Shown: positions 9,572 to 18,537, counted from the first letter of the stretch. The stretch: 64,000 nucleotides of DNA from Spirochaetia bacterium (GCA_963677925.2 CAXXYH010000004.1:1664001-1728000); one strand, 5' to 3'. Program-made: numbers and translations. Notes: generated from the sequence alone by a model not told the origin.

Positions 9572-11938
9572 CTACTCCCTGACATAAACAAGGTCCAGGC
9601 TTCGGGGAGATTCTTCGGAGTCTGCGGAGAGTTCCGCCTCAATCCTTCCCGAATCAGCTGAAATCACAGTTGCTGTGCCGATAAGATACTCACTCTTGCC
9701 GCGTTCCTTACGCCTTATGATAATCTCCGCTCCGTCGGCAATCCGGGTATCGGAAAGTCTTTCAATTATCAGTCTGCTGCCCGAAGCCCACGAAACTGAG
9801 CCCACAAGGATTTCCCGTGTAAGGCCTGAAGAGGCACCGTCAGATGTAGCTGCAAGGGCTGATATCTCTCTTACCGCCTGGGCAAAAAGCAGTTCCTTTG
9901 AACTTAGTTCGTTTATCTTCTGCGCAGATGAAGCGGAAGCAGTACCTGCAAGATGTCCGGTAAGTGTCAGGACATCTTCAAGGGCTTCGGTCCGGCCGTC
10001 GCCGTATCCGCTAGTGTAGCCGCTCTTTTCAGCCTGTACCGCTTTCTGCTCAAGAGTGACCTTCTCTGCTTCAAAAGACTCATTAAGTGCGGTCATCTCT
10101 GATGCAGCTTCTGTCAGCTTCAGGTTGAGTTCCTCTATTGAGGCTTCCTGCTCGGCAATCTTTTCGCCGCTTTCAACATTAAGACTGTTCAATTTCAGGT
10201 TTTCCTGGTCTCTTTCGCCAATCATCCTGGTCAGCCGGTCGATCTCAGTATTCTGTTCGGCTGTAAGCTGCTCAACCTCGGCTGCACGTTCTGCAGCCAG
10301 CTGTTCAACTTCTGCATCGCGCTGTGCGGTCAGCTCTTCAACCTGGGCTTCCCGGGCTGCTGTAAGTTCCTGAAGTTCAGCATTCCTTGCCTCAGTCAGC
10401 TCGCTAATCCGGCTGTCGGCCTCGGTAATCCGTGTTTCATACCTGCTGATAGTATCATCAAGAGTTTTCTGAATTTCAGCTACTGCACTCTTTCGTTCAG
10501 CTTCAAGATTTTTAATTGCAGTATCCTTCGCTGCAAGCTGACCGGAGAAAGACTTCTCATAGCTTCTGACAAGCCCTTCAAGGGCCCTGCTGAACAGGTC
10601 CGGGTTTTCGGTCTCCGCTCCCGCAGCTGCGTCTACATACTGCTGAGCCGCCTTTTCCAGACTGCCGCTGTTCTCAAGGGCTTCAGCCTGAGTCAGTGCA
10701 GGGCTTATGCGCTCGGCTTCTCTCTGCCGGGTGATGGATTCAAGATTGCTTAAAGCGGTCGAAATTGAAGGCAGCTTTTCAACAGCCCTGCTGTAGTAAT
10801 CAGCTGCGGCTGAAGAATCTCCGGTTCTAAGGGCCTCGTCGCCAAGCCTTGCCAGTTCACGTGCCGACAGCAGCAGTTCCGCCGTCTCTGTGCGGCTCCT
10901 GTTGTCAACGCTGGTTTTGTAGGTCTGTTCCTCAATCCGCTGTTTGAGCACATTAAGGATTTCTATATCGTTCGCCTTTCTTTTCTGAACCGCTGCCAGA
11001 TTTGATAGTGTCGGGTCATTTATGTATTCATTTAGAGACTGGATAGCCGAAATAGCCTGTTCGTAACTGCTGTTTCTGATCAGGTTGAAGATCTGTTCAT
11101 ATGAACCGTTAATCTGGTCAATGACAAGCGATTCCCGTTCACGGTTTCGGGTAAGTTCTTCAATTTTTGCCGCCGCCGCTGCGGCTTCCTCGGCCAGAGC
11201 GCTTTTTTCGGCCTCATACTGAGCGGTGAGTTCATTTTCCCTGGCTGCAGTCTCCTGTCTTATCTGGTCTTTCTCGGAATTAACCTGGGCAAGCAGCTGT
11301 TCATTCTGCCTTCTGGCAGCTTCAAGCTCCTGTCTCTGGGCTTCAAGGGCTTTTTCATTTTCATTGCGGAAAGCCTGTATCTCAGCATCATATTCAGCCA
11401 TTCGGGCGGCTTCAATGCGTTCAAGTTCCGCGCTGATATCAGCCTCAGTCCTTCCGGCGCTTCTCATGTTCTGACGTTCACGTTCCAGTTCGGCTTCAAG
11501 GGCACTTCTAAGCTCAGTCTCCCTGTCGGCTATCCGCTGCTCCATTGTGTCAGCCAGTTCCCGGCTCTGCCTGTCGAGTTCAGAAAGCTCAGACTGGATC
11601 TGATTTATCTGGCTGTCTTTTTCGGAAAGTTTCTGCTCTGATTCCTTTTTAAGTTCCTCAAGCAGTTTTCCTTCCGCGGAGGTATACGTGGCGTTAAGCT
11701 GGTTAAGATTATCCTTTTTCTGCTCGAACATCCTGCCTGAAAAATATACCGTTGCTGCAACGGCTGAAATTGCCAGGATGTTTATAATAAGCGGCAGAAT
11801 TGCACCTGTTTTTGCTTTCTTTAAACCTGATTCATCGGAGGAGGTAAGACGGTTATCGGCAATAACACGGTCAATTTCTTCGAGAATTTCAAGACGTTCC
11901 TGTTCTTCTATCCCGTTATCGGTCTGTTGTTCGCTCAA
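9572..11938 (-). CDS. Membrane-anchored long coiled-coil protein with TPR-like helices and a C-terminal beta domain
   Basis: 788 aa; one TM segment (ILPLIINILAISAVAATVYF); E/Q/A/R-rich coiled coil; AGGAGG SD before the TTG start. Confidence 0.8.
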   Translation of the reverse strand: MSEQQTDNGIEEQERLEILEEIDRVIADNRLTSSDESGLKKAKTGAILPLIINILAISAVAATVYFSGRMFEQKKDNLNQLNATYTSAEGKLLEELKKESEQKLSEKDSQINQIQSELSELDRQSRELADTMEQRIADRETELRSALEAELERERQNMRSAGRTEADISAELERIEAARMAEYDAEIQAFRNENEKALEAQRQELEAARRQNEQLLAQVNSEKDQIRQETAARENELTAQYEAEKSALAEEAAAAAAKIEELTRNRERESLVIDQINGSYEQIFNLIRNSSYEQAISAIQSLNEYINDPTLSNLAAVQKRKANDIEILNVLKQRIEEQTYKTSVDNRSRTETAELLLSARELARLGDEALRTGDSSAAADYYSRAVEKLPSISTALSNLESITRQREAERISPALTQAEALENSGSLEKAAQQYVDAAAGAETENPDLFSRALEGLVRSYEKSFSGQLAAKDTAIKNLEAERKSAVAEIQKTLDDTISRYETRITEADSRISELTEARNAELQELTAAREAQVEELTAQRDAEVEQLAAERAAEVEQLTAEQNTEIDRLTRMIGERDQENLKLNSLNVESGEKIAEQEASIEELNLKLTEAASEMTALNESFEAEKVTLEQKAVQAEKSGYTSGYGDGRTEALEDVLTLTGHLAGTASASSAQKINELSSKELLFAQAVREISALAATSDGASSGLTREILVGSVSWASGSRLIIERLSDTRIADGAEIIIRRKERGKSEYLIGTATVISADSGRIEAELSADSEESPRSLDLVYVRE
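10238..10402 (-). repeat. Five degenerate 33-bp (11-aa) intragenic tandem repeats
   Basis: ELTEARNAELQ / ELTAAREAQVE / ELTAQRDAEVE / QLAAERAAEVE / QLTAEQNTEID. Confidence 0.8.
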
Positions 11939-12016
11939 AGCCTTCCTCCTGACTTTTTTATCGGCAAATGCCGGTTAATTTTAAAGCCGTGCATTCCGAT
12001 TCTGTAGTAGGAACAT

Positions 12017-13675
12017 ATGAAAATTCGTGCGAGACTTATCCTTATTGTTATGCCTCTCCTTGCGGCGGCCCTGCTCATTACGGGTATCTTCTCATCATAT
12101 TCAGCCAGAAGCGGTATGACAAGGCTCGCGATGTCCTCGCTTGGATTCAAATCCGAAGAACTAGAGAAATACATGCAGAACCAGTGGACTCTTCTGAAGG
12201 ATAACGGATTCAGCGACCGCCCGGAATATGTTGAGGTAGCAAAGAGCGCTGTTCTTTCATATGCCTTTACCCTCCTTCGGAGCGAGACCGAGCTTATCTT
12301 TGCTGTAACGCCTGATTCTGAAATTGTTATGAAAACCGCAGGGGTTTCCGTCCTGCCTGAGGAGAAAGAGGTATTCACAGGTATTCTAAACCGCCCCGAA
12401 ACAGGATGGGTAGAACTGAATATCTCGGGTGAGGCCAGGGTAGGGGATTACTTTTATTTTGAGCCGTTTGGCTGGTATGTCTTTCTTACTGAAGACAGTG
12501 CCGCTTTTTACCGTGAAGTCTCAGAACTTCTGCAGCAGAATTACATAATTCTCGGTATATCAATAGTAATTTCGTTGATCTTTATACTCATCCTTGCCTC
12601 ATATCTGATTGGCCCGCTTACAAGGGTTGTTTCGGCTATGAAGGGAATAATCCGTGACAGCGACCTGTCACGAAGGGTTCAGGTTGAATACCGTGATGAA
12701 ACCGGCCAGCTTGCAGATACATTCAATACGATGATCGGCGCCCTTGAACGTGCAAACCAGCAAATTAAGGAACACGCAATAGAGGCCGTACTCGCAAAGA
12801 AGAGCGAGCACAAGATTAGAAATATATTCCAGAAGTATGTACCCAAGGATGTTATAGAAACTGTTTTTGCAAATCCCGAATCAATGCTGATAGGAGAAAA
12901 CAGGGTAATTTCAATACTTTTCTCGGATATCAGAAGTTTTACAACAATCTCTGAAAGCTATTCTCCGGATCAGCTTGTAATTGATCTTAATAAATATTTT
13001 GAGATCATGGTTGATATAATAATCAGCCGGGGGGGCGTTATTGATAAATACATCGGTGATGCGATTATGGCTTACTTCGGTGCTCCTGTTAAACATGATG
13101 ATGATGCCTACCAGTCGGTTATGGCTGCTCTTGAGATGCAGGATGCTCTGGCAAAGTTTAATGAGCAGCTTGAAAGCGAAGGCAAGCATCCCTTTAAAAC
13201 CGGAATCGGTATTAACTACGGTGTAGTTACAGTAGGTAATATCGGGTCAGAGAAGAAGATGGATTATACTCTTATCGGTGATATGGTTAACCTCGGATCA
13301 AGACTTGAGGGCCTGACCAAGCCTTATAAGCAGGGAGTCATAATTTCCGAGAGCGTATACCGCAAGGTTCGAAGCAAGGTGCCCTGCAGGGTCGTCGATA
13401 AAGTCCAGGTAAAAGGAAAGACTCAGGGTGAAAGCATCTACACTGCAAGCACAGATCTAACCGACAGACAGAAGAAAGCCTGGGCCTACCATAATGCCGG
13501 GGCAAGACTCTTTTATTCACGTGATTTTAAAAAGGCTATAAAATACTTCGGTGCAGCTTTGAGCATCGACCACGATGACTACCTTTCAAACATGTTCATG
13601 GAACGAAGCCGCAGGTACATGACAAACCCGCCGCCTGAAGACTGGACCGGTGTCGAGATAATGACTACTAAATAA
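12017..13675 (+). CDS. Membrane-bound class III adenylate cyclase with HAMP domain and C-terminal TPR-like tail
   Basis: Two TM helices, HAMP (DETGQLADTFNTM), LFSDIRSFT, DKYIGDAIM, DYTLIGDMVNLGSRLEG. The Lys/Asp pair indicates ATP specificity. Confidence 0.92.
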   Translation: MKIRARLILIVMPLLAAALLITGIFSSYSARSGMTRLAMSSLGFKSEELEKYMQNQWTLLKDNGFSDRPEYVEVAKSAVLSYAFTLLRSETELIFAVTPDSEIVMKTAGVSVLPEEKEVFTGILNRPETGWVELNISGEARVGDYFYFEPFGWYVFLTEDSAAFYREVSELLQQNYIILGISIVISLIFILILASYLIGPLTRVVSAMKGIIRDSDLSRRVQVEYRDETGQLADTFNTMIGALERANQQIKEHAIEAVLAKKSEHKIRNIFQKYVPKDVIETVFANPESMLIGENRVISILFSDIRSFTTISESYSPDQLVIDLNKYFEIMVDIIISRGGVIDKYIGDAIMAYFGAPVKHDDDAYQSVMAALEMQDALAKFNEQLESEGKHPFKTGIGINYGVVTVGNIGSEKKMDYTLIGDMVNLGSRLEGLTKPYKQGVIISESVYRKVRSKVPCRVVDKVQVKGKTQGESIYTASTDLTDRQKKAWAYHNAGARLFYSRDFKKAIKYFGAALSIDHDDYLSNMFMERSRRYMTNPPPEDWTGVEIMTTK

Positions 13676-13700
13676 AAAAACTTGGTTAGTTTTTTTATTT
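13670..13700 (+). terminator. AT-rich inverted repeat at the cyclase stop (probable terminator)
   Basis: AAATAAAAAAACT-TGGTT-AGTTTTTTTATTT. Confidence 0.5.
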
Positions 13701-13780
13701 GGTTTTAGAGATTTTTGGTTATATCAGACTGAGTAAAATAGGGTTTCTTTGATAAAAATCTCCATTTAAATCTAAGGCAG

Positions 13781-13811
13781 TAAATCAAAAAGTTGCTGAC
13801 TTTTTGATTTA
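13781..13811 (-). terminator. AT-rich inverted repeat after the convergent gene (probable terminator)
   Basis: TAAATCAAAAAGT-TGCTG-ACTTTTTGATTTA, perfect 13-bp arms. Confidence 0.5.
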
Positions 13812-13817
13812 TGAAGA

Positions 13818-14411
13818 TTAAAAAACGGCTGAGAGTATTCCTGCTGTGAGCAGGGTTGTGAGTGCTGTGATTCCAGATATTATTGATGTCTCCTCTAGAA
13901 GCTGCCACCAGAAGAGGTAGAAGGCTGCCTGATCGGCGTATTCAGTCTCGGTGTATTTATTGAAAAAGTGTTCATAGCCGGCTGCTGAGGCAGCAAAAAC
14001 GACCGTTGAAACACCGGCAACCCATAAATCAGCTGTAGTAAGATTCTTTATGAGCTTTTCTGTTCTGCCGGAATTTATCCTGTCCTTTTCAGCCTGATGC
14101 ATTGAGGCGGTAATTTCAATGCTGTTCTGAGCCTTATTCTGCTCCTCAATCGAAGATTCAGCTATGAATTTCAGCATCCTTGCCCTGCTGATGATGTCCC
14201 TGCGGTTTTCATTTAAAGCTGAATTTATCAGATTGTCGATATCGGTGATCTCAGACTCTGTCAATGCCGGGTTTTCTATTATCGATGTTTCAAGCTCCAT
14301 GTAGCTGTTAAGCAGTTCATCAACATAAACTTCGGATTCCTGTGCATGAAGGCTGTATAAGGGCAGTAAGAGTAAGAGTGTCAGTAATAATGTACGGCTG
14401 TTCTTTATCAT
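13818..14411 (-). CDS. Hypothetical exported/membrane protein
   Basis: Signal peptide plus two C-terminal hydrophobic segments; starts 1 nt after the upstream PEGA gene stop. Confidence 0.7.
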   Translation of the reverse strand: MIKNSRTLLLTLLLLLPLYSLHAQESEVYVDELLNSYMELETSIIENPALTESEITDIDNLINSALNENRRDIISRARMLKFIAESSIEEQNKAQNSIEITASMHQAEKDRINSGRTEKLIKNLTTADLWVAGVSTVVFAASAAGYEHFFNKYTETEYADQAAFYLFWWQLLEETSIISGITALTTLLTAGILSAVF

Positions 14412-14412
14412 T

Positions 14413-15558
14413 CTACTCGAGTCTCCCAGCGGGATTCCGGGCCCAGGATTCGATCACTGTTTCTATACCGCTTGCCAGAATTTCCTCTTCGGTGCCTGAG
14501 AACAGAGGGTCGATGAAAACCATCTTTTCCGCGTATTCTCTGCTTTTTCCGGTTTCACCCAGATTATAATAAAGCAGGGAAATTGCCTGACAGGCCCTGT
14601 CGTAGACTTCCGGGGTCTGGTAGCGCATTATTATCATTGTCAGTTCGGCAATGGCAAGGGGAGTGTCACCGGTAATAATGTGGATTTTTGCTGTCCTGTA
14701 GATAGAATCGGCGTAGAACTTTGAGTCTTTGTGGAAACTGATAATTTCACTGTAAAGACTAAGCGCTTCTTCCAGGCTTCCTCCTGCAAGAGCATCACCT
14801 GCCTGCTGAAAAATAAGTTCTGCATCGGCTTCGGTGCTTCCCGGCTGAAATTCGGCTATTTCATAATGTTTAAGATAATCGCTTCTATCAATCAGCAGGG
14901 CAATTTCGGTAGCTCCCAGCAGCAGTGTTGTGCTTTCCAGAGCTGTAAGGTACAGCGGCTGGGGCCATCTTATCCGCCTGCTCTCATACCAGTCTATCCC
15001 GAAGGCTGCTGCTGTAACTCCGAATGATATTGGAATCAGGGTGGATATTGCGGTTAACAGTTTTTCTTTGGGATAAAAAGGGGTGATAATTACATCGCGG
15101 CCTTCGCGTGATATCCTGTACCCGCTTTCAGGAATTAACAGATTATTACCGAGAATTCTGTCTTCATCGGCCCTGAGGATTATATTATCCTCGGAGACAA
15201 ATGATGAAGGTATCACCTTTGAATTCAGGTCGGCAAAGAAACTGCTGTTTTTGTCTGTAAGTTCAATATTTTCTATGTAAGGCTGATAATTATCGCTGAT
15301 TATTTTTATTTCATGGCTTCCGGGACTGAGTCCCCTGAGTAGTACCGGTGTTGCCTGGGCCTGTGGAGCTCCATCGATAAATACGGCAGCATTTATAGGG
15401 CTGCTCCCGATGAAGAGATTAACCTGCTCATCCTGAGCGTATACAGACTGAAAGACTGCTGTTAAAAGGATTGAGGCAAATAACAGTTTTCGGTGAATAC
15501 GTGAACAGGAAAAAGCCATAGTGAATAATAATATCAGATCAGGCATAATTGCAAGCAT
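14413..15558 (-). CDS. PEGA-domain and TPR-containing membrane protein
   Basis: IGSSPINAAVFIDG...TPVLLRGLSPGSHEIKI (PEGA); central TM pair; C-terminal TPR-like helices. Start codon uncertain. Confidence 0.8.
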   Translation of the reverse strand: MLAIMPDLILLFTMAFSCSRIHRKLLFASILLTAVFQSVYAQDEQVNLFIGSSPINAAVFIDGAPQAQATPVLLRGLSPGSHEIKIISDNYQPYIENIELTDKNSSFFADLNSKVIPSSFVSEDNIILRADEDRILGNNLLIPESGYRISREGRDVIITPFYPKEKLLTAISTLIPISFGVTAAAFGIDWYESRRIRWPQPLYLTALESTTLLLGATEIALLIDRSDYLKHYEIAEFQPGSTEADAELIFQQAGDALAGGSLEEALSLYSEIISFHKDSKFYADSIYRTAKIHIITGDTPLAIAELTMIIMRYQTPEVYDRACQAISLLYYNLGETGKSREYAEKMVFIDPLFSGTEEEILASGIETVIESWARNPAGRLE

Positions 15559-15586
15559 GATTTAGATATACCGGCTTTTTATGAAG

Positions 15587-15618
15587 ATAAAAACAGCCCC
15601 TTAAAGGAGCTGTTTTAT
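15587..15618 (-). terminator. Intrinsic terminator of the Ig-like lipoprotein gene
   Basis: Minus strand AAAACAGCTCCT-TTA-AGGGGCTGTTTTTAT (one G-U pair). Confidence 0.8.
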
Positions 15619-15636
15619 TGGGTTGAACCGGCTAAG

Positions 15637-16704
15637 CTATTTACTTCTGAAAGCTATGGAATGCAGATTGTTGATAGTCTGTGCGGTTGATGATCTGCTT
15701 CCGGCGTCTACATCAAGTATGTTGAAGTAACGTTCTGTTCCGGAATTGTTATCTATGCCCCAGAAAAATCCGGTCAGAGGGTTGAATTTTCCATGATGAG
15801 CATAAACATGGGTAGTATCTGTTGTTATCTTTTTGACAAATGTTCCAGCACCGGTGGAAGTGTTGATGCTGTATACATCTACAGCATCGAGTGATTCATC
15901 TTCCTGTTCCGGGTTAATCAGATATAGATTGCCGCTGCTGTCAAAATCCATACCATGTGTCCATGTTGAAACTCCGGATGATTCAAATTCTGTTATTTCG
16001 GCGGTTGACGGGTTTACGGTAACCAGTACATCTGTATTTTCACTCCAGGCGTAAAGTGTTCCTGAGGAGCTGAATGCCGGATTAAGAAAACCGGCTTCTA
16101 CAATTCCGGAAGAGCCTATTTCCGTTACGGCTGCTGTGGATGTATTTATTTCAACTAGTCCGGAAGAGAGTGTTGTATCATTAGTTGATGTAGTTCCATA
16201 CAGTTTTCCGTTATCATTATCATACACCAGACCGTTAAGGTAGTAGCCGGTATCACCAATTTCGGCAAGCTGTTCGCCTGTTTCTGAATCAATTTCATAA
16301 AGGATGCTTGTTCCCAGGCTGCTGTTTCCTTTGCTGGCTCCATATAAAATGGGCAGTACCGTAACGCTCGCCGATGCAGAGAAAGAATCGTCAGTAGTTG
16401 ATACTGTTATTTCAGCGGTTCCTGCACCAACCGCTGTTGCGGTTCCGTCATCGCTGATGGTAACGATGCTTTCATCAGAAGTGGCCCATATGAGGCTTAT
16501 CTCTGAAGCTGCCTCAGGCTCAACTGTTGCTGCGAGCTGAGCTGTAGATGTAAGTTTAACTGTCAGCTCAGTATCATTCAGTGACAGGTTTGTTACTGTT
16601 ATACCGCTGTTTGCTGTAGTGATTCCGTCACAGCTGTAAAATGCGAATACAGTAATGGCAAGTACTATCAGAAAAGCTTTAAGTTTAAATTTTTTTTGTT
16701 TCAT
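15637..16704 (-). CDS. Lipoprotein with Big_2 Ig-like domain and beta-propeller-like repeats
   Basis: Lipobox FYSC; QLAATVEPE...WATSDESIVTISDDGTATAVGAGTAEITV (Big_2); repeated LY(G/A)...L..I(D/N)..T blades. Confidence 0.8.
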   Translation of the reverse strand: MKQKKFKLKAFLIVLAITVFAFYSCDGITTANSGITVTNLSLNDTELTVKLTSTAQLAATVEPEAASEISLIWATSDESIVTISDDGTATAVGAGTAEITVSTTDDSFSASASVTVLPILYGASKGNSSLGTSILYEIDSETGEQLAEIGDTGYYLNGLVYDNDNGKLYGTTSTNDTTLSSGLVEINTSTAAVTEIGSSGIVEAGFLNPAFSSSGTLYAWSENTDVLVTVNPSTAEITEFESSGVSTWTHGMDFDSSGNLYLINPEQEDESLDAVDVYSINTSTGAGTFVKKITTDTTHVYAHHGKFNPLTGFFWGIDNNSGTERYFNILDVDAGSRSSTAQTINNLHSIAFRSK

Positions 16705-16735
16705 ATAATAATCCTTATAAAATTAAATCCTGACA

Positions 16736-16764
16736 AATTTACTCAGGTTAAAAGCGATTGTCAA
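16736..16764 (-). promoter_or_regulatory. sigma70-type promoter of the Ig-like lipoprotein gene
   Basis: Minus strand TTGACA-17 nt-TAAATT. Confidence 0.7.
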
Positions 16765-16831
16765 TTTTATTAGTTCGGTTTCGCAGAAAATCTATGATTT
16801 TGTGCCGGGATAATAATCGCAGAATATCTCA

Positions 16832-16858
16832 GGGATGATATTTGCAGAATATCATCCC
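16832..16858. promoter_or_regulatory. Perfect 11-bp inverted repeat abutting the -35 box
   Basis: GGGATGATATT-TGCAG-AATATCATCCC. Confidence 0.5.
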
Positions 16859-16860
16859 CC

Positions 16861-16889
16861 TTGACATAAACACTGACTGACGGTACATT
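16861..16889 (+). promoter_or_regulatory. sigma70-type promoter of the Ala-leader/aminotransferase transcript
   Basis: TTGACA (16861-66)-17 nt-TACATT (16884-89). The predicted +1 falls at about 16896, the A of the leader ATG. Confidence 0.85.
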
Positions 16890-16895
16890 TTCAAT

Positions 16896-16973
16896 ATGTT
16901 GGAATCAATCTTAAACAAGAAATTATCCGCCGCGGCCGCAGCTACTTTGACTGCGGTGTTGAACTGGTTCTGA
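16896..16973 (+). CDS. Putative alanine-rich attenuator leader peptide (25 aa, MLESILNKKLSAAAAATLTAVLNWF)
   Basis: Leaderless ATG at the predicted +1; GCC GCG GCC GCA GCT at 16929-16943; followed by alternative hairpins and a terminator upstream of an AlaA-like gene. Confidence 0.8.
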   Translation: MLESILNKKLSAAAAATLTAVLNWF

Positions 16974-17032
16974 CATATTTCGCCGCAGTCTTTTAAAAAA
17001 GGCTCGCGGTCCGGTTAATATTGAAGCTGACG

Positions 17033-17065
17033 GCAGAGTCTTTTTACAGACTCTGCTTTTTTTTT
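17033..17065 (+). terminator. Attenuator terminator in the 5' leader of the aminotransferase
   Basis: GCAGAGTCT-TTTTAC-AGACTCTGC-T9, lying between the promoter and the 17104 start codon. Confidence 0.9.
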
Positions 17066-17103
17066 GCAGAGGCGATTACAAAATCCGGTGGAGTGGAGTT
17101 GAA

Positions 17104-18405
17104 ATGAGAAGAGCGATAGTACATGAAGGTGCAAGGCAGCTGACTTATGAGATCAGGCAGATCGTATCGGTTGCCAACGAGATTAAGGAGCTCGGCAGGG
17201 AAATAAGCTGGGAGAACATCGGAGATCCGGTTGAAAAGGGAAACAACATCGAACCCTGGATGAAAGAGATTATTTCAAATCTGACGGCTTCAGACGCCAG
17301 TTACGGTTATACAGACAGTCAGGGGAATCTGCAGACAAGGAAATTTCTGGCCGGTGAATGCAACGCAATCGGCGGAGCACATATCAGCCATGACGATGTA
17401 ATTTTTTTCAACGGTCTTGGAGATGCTGTTGCAAAGATTTTCGGATTTCTGAAACGGGAGGCAAGGGTAATTGGTCCATCTCCCGCCTACTCAACACACT
17501 CATCAGCCGAAGCCGCCCATTCAGGCTATGAGCATCTGACATACAAACTCGACCCTGATAACAACTGGCTGCCCGATATCGAGGATTTGAGGAACAAGGT
17601 AAAATACAATGACTCAATTGCCGGAATCCTGCTTATTAATCCCGATAACCCCACGGGTATTGTATATTCAAGGGAACTTCTAAGTGAAATAGTACAGATA
17701 GCTGCAGATTACAATCTGTTTATTATTGCCGATGAAACCTACAGCAGGGTTGTTTTTCCAGATGTAGATTTCAGCTATATATGCGAGGTTATCGGGAATG
17801 TACCTGCTGTTTCGATGAAAAGCGTAAGCAAGGAATACCCCTGGCCGGGAGCAAGATGCGGCTGGATCGAAGTGTATAACCGCAAAAAAGACCCGGAATT
17901 TGATACATATATCTCAAGTCTTATAAACGCCAAGCGTCTGGAGGTCTGCTCAACAACTCTGCCTCAGCTTTCAATCCCGCTGATTATGGGAGATCCGAGG
18001 TATCCTGAACACATCCGTACCCAGTCTGAAATGCTGGCTTCAAGAGCCGAGGAAGCCTATATCAATATGAAGGATATTACGGGCATTCAGGTTCTTAAAC
18101 CACAGGGGGCTCTCTATTTTACAGTCCTTTTTAAAGATGGTGTTTTGAATGACGGGCAGTTTCTTGAGATTTCTGAACCTGGTATCAAAAACTATGTTGA
18201 AGAGAAGGTTAAAGGCCTTGAACTTGATAAACGTTTTGTTTACTACCTTCTCGGTGCTGCAGGTATATGTGTAGTCCCGCTTACAGGATTCTGCTCGCAA
18301 CTCAAGGGGTTCAGATTCACACTGCTTGAAGCTGATGATCAGAAACGAAGGAACATTTATAAAACACTTGGTGAATCAATACAGGCCTATCTAGGAAGTA
18401 ACTGA
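17104..18405 (+). CDS. alaA: PLP-dependent class I/II aminotransferase, alanine aminotransferase (AlaA-like)
   Basis: N-terminal YEIR...NIGDP resembles E. coli AlaA and archaeal AlaAT (YDIR/YAIR...NIG[ND]P); INPDNPTG, DETY, SVSKEYPWPGARCGW (PLP Lys). Confidence 0.75.
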   Translation: MRRAIVHEGARQLTYEIRQIVSVANEIKELGREISWENIGDPVEKGNNIEPWMKEIISNLTASDASYGYTDSQGNLQTRKFLAGECNAIGGAHISHDDVIFFNGLGDAVAKIFGFLKREARVIGPSPAYSTHSSAEAAHSGYEHLTYKLDPDNNWLPDIEDLRNKVKYNDSIAGILLINPDNPTGIVYSRELLSEIVQIAADYNLFIIADETYSRVVFPDVDFSYICEVIGNVPAVSMKSVSKEYPWPGARCGWIEVYNRKKDPEFDTYISSLINAKRLEVCSTTLPQLSIPLIMGDPRYPEHIRTQSEMLASRAEEAYINMKDITGIQVLKPQGALYFTVLFKDGVLNDGQFLEISEPGIKNYVEEKVKGLELDKRFVYYLLGAAGICVVPLTGFCSQLKGFRFTLLEADDQKRRNIYKTLGESIQAYLGSN

Positions 18406-18433
18406 GCTGCTTTATTCCGGCAGAAAATCCTGC

Positions 18434-18462
18434 TTGAAAACAGGGCATAAAAACCTTAGTAT
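18434..18462 (+). promoter_or_regulatory. Probable pfk promoter
   Basis: TTGAAA-17 nt-TAGTAT. Confidence 0.55.
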
Positions 18463-18537
18463 TAGTGTACGCTAAACACCTGAAATCTGCTGATTACAGG
18501 TGTTTACAATACTTTTTGTAACATCAGGAGAACCCGG

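Noticed and set aside
16896-17065. T-box or metabolite riboswitch as the explanation of the leader terminator
   Set aside because: No T-box consensus (AAGGTGGTACC-like) or specifier stem is visible, and the leader is short; the Ala-run ORF explains it better. An Rfam scan was not run.
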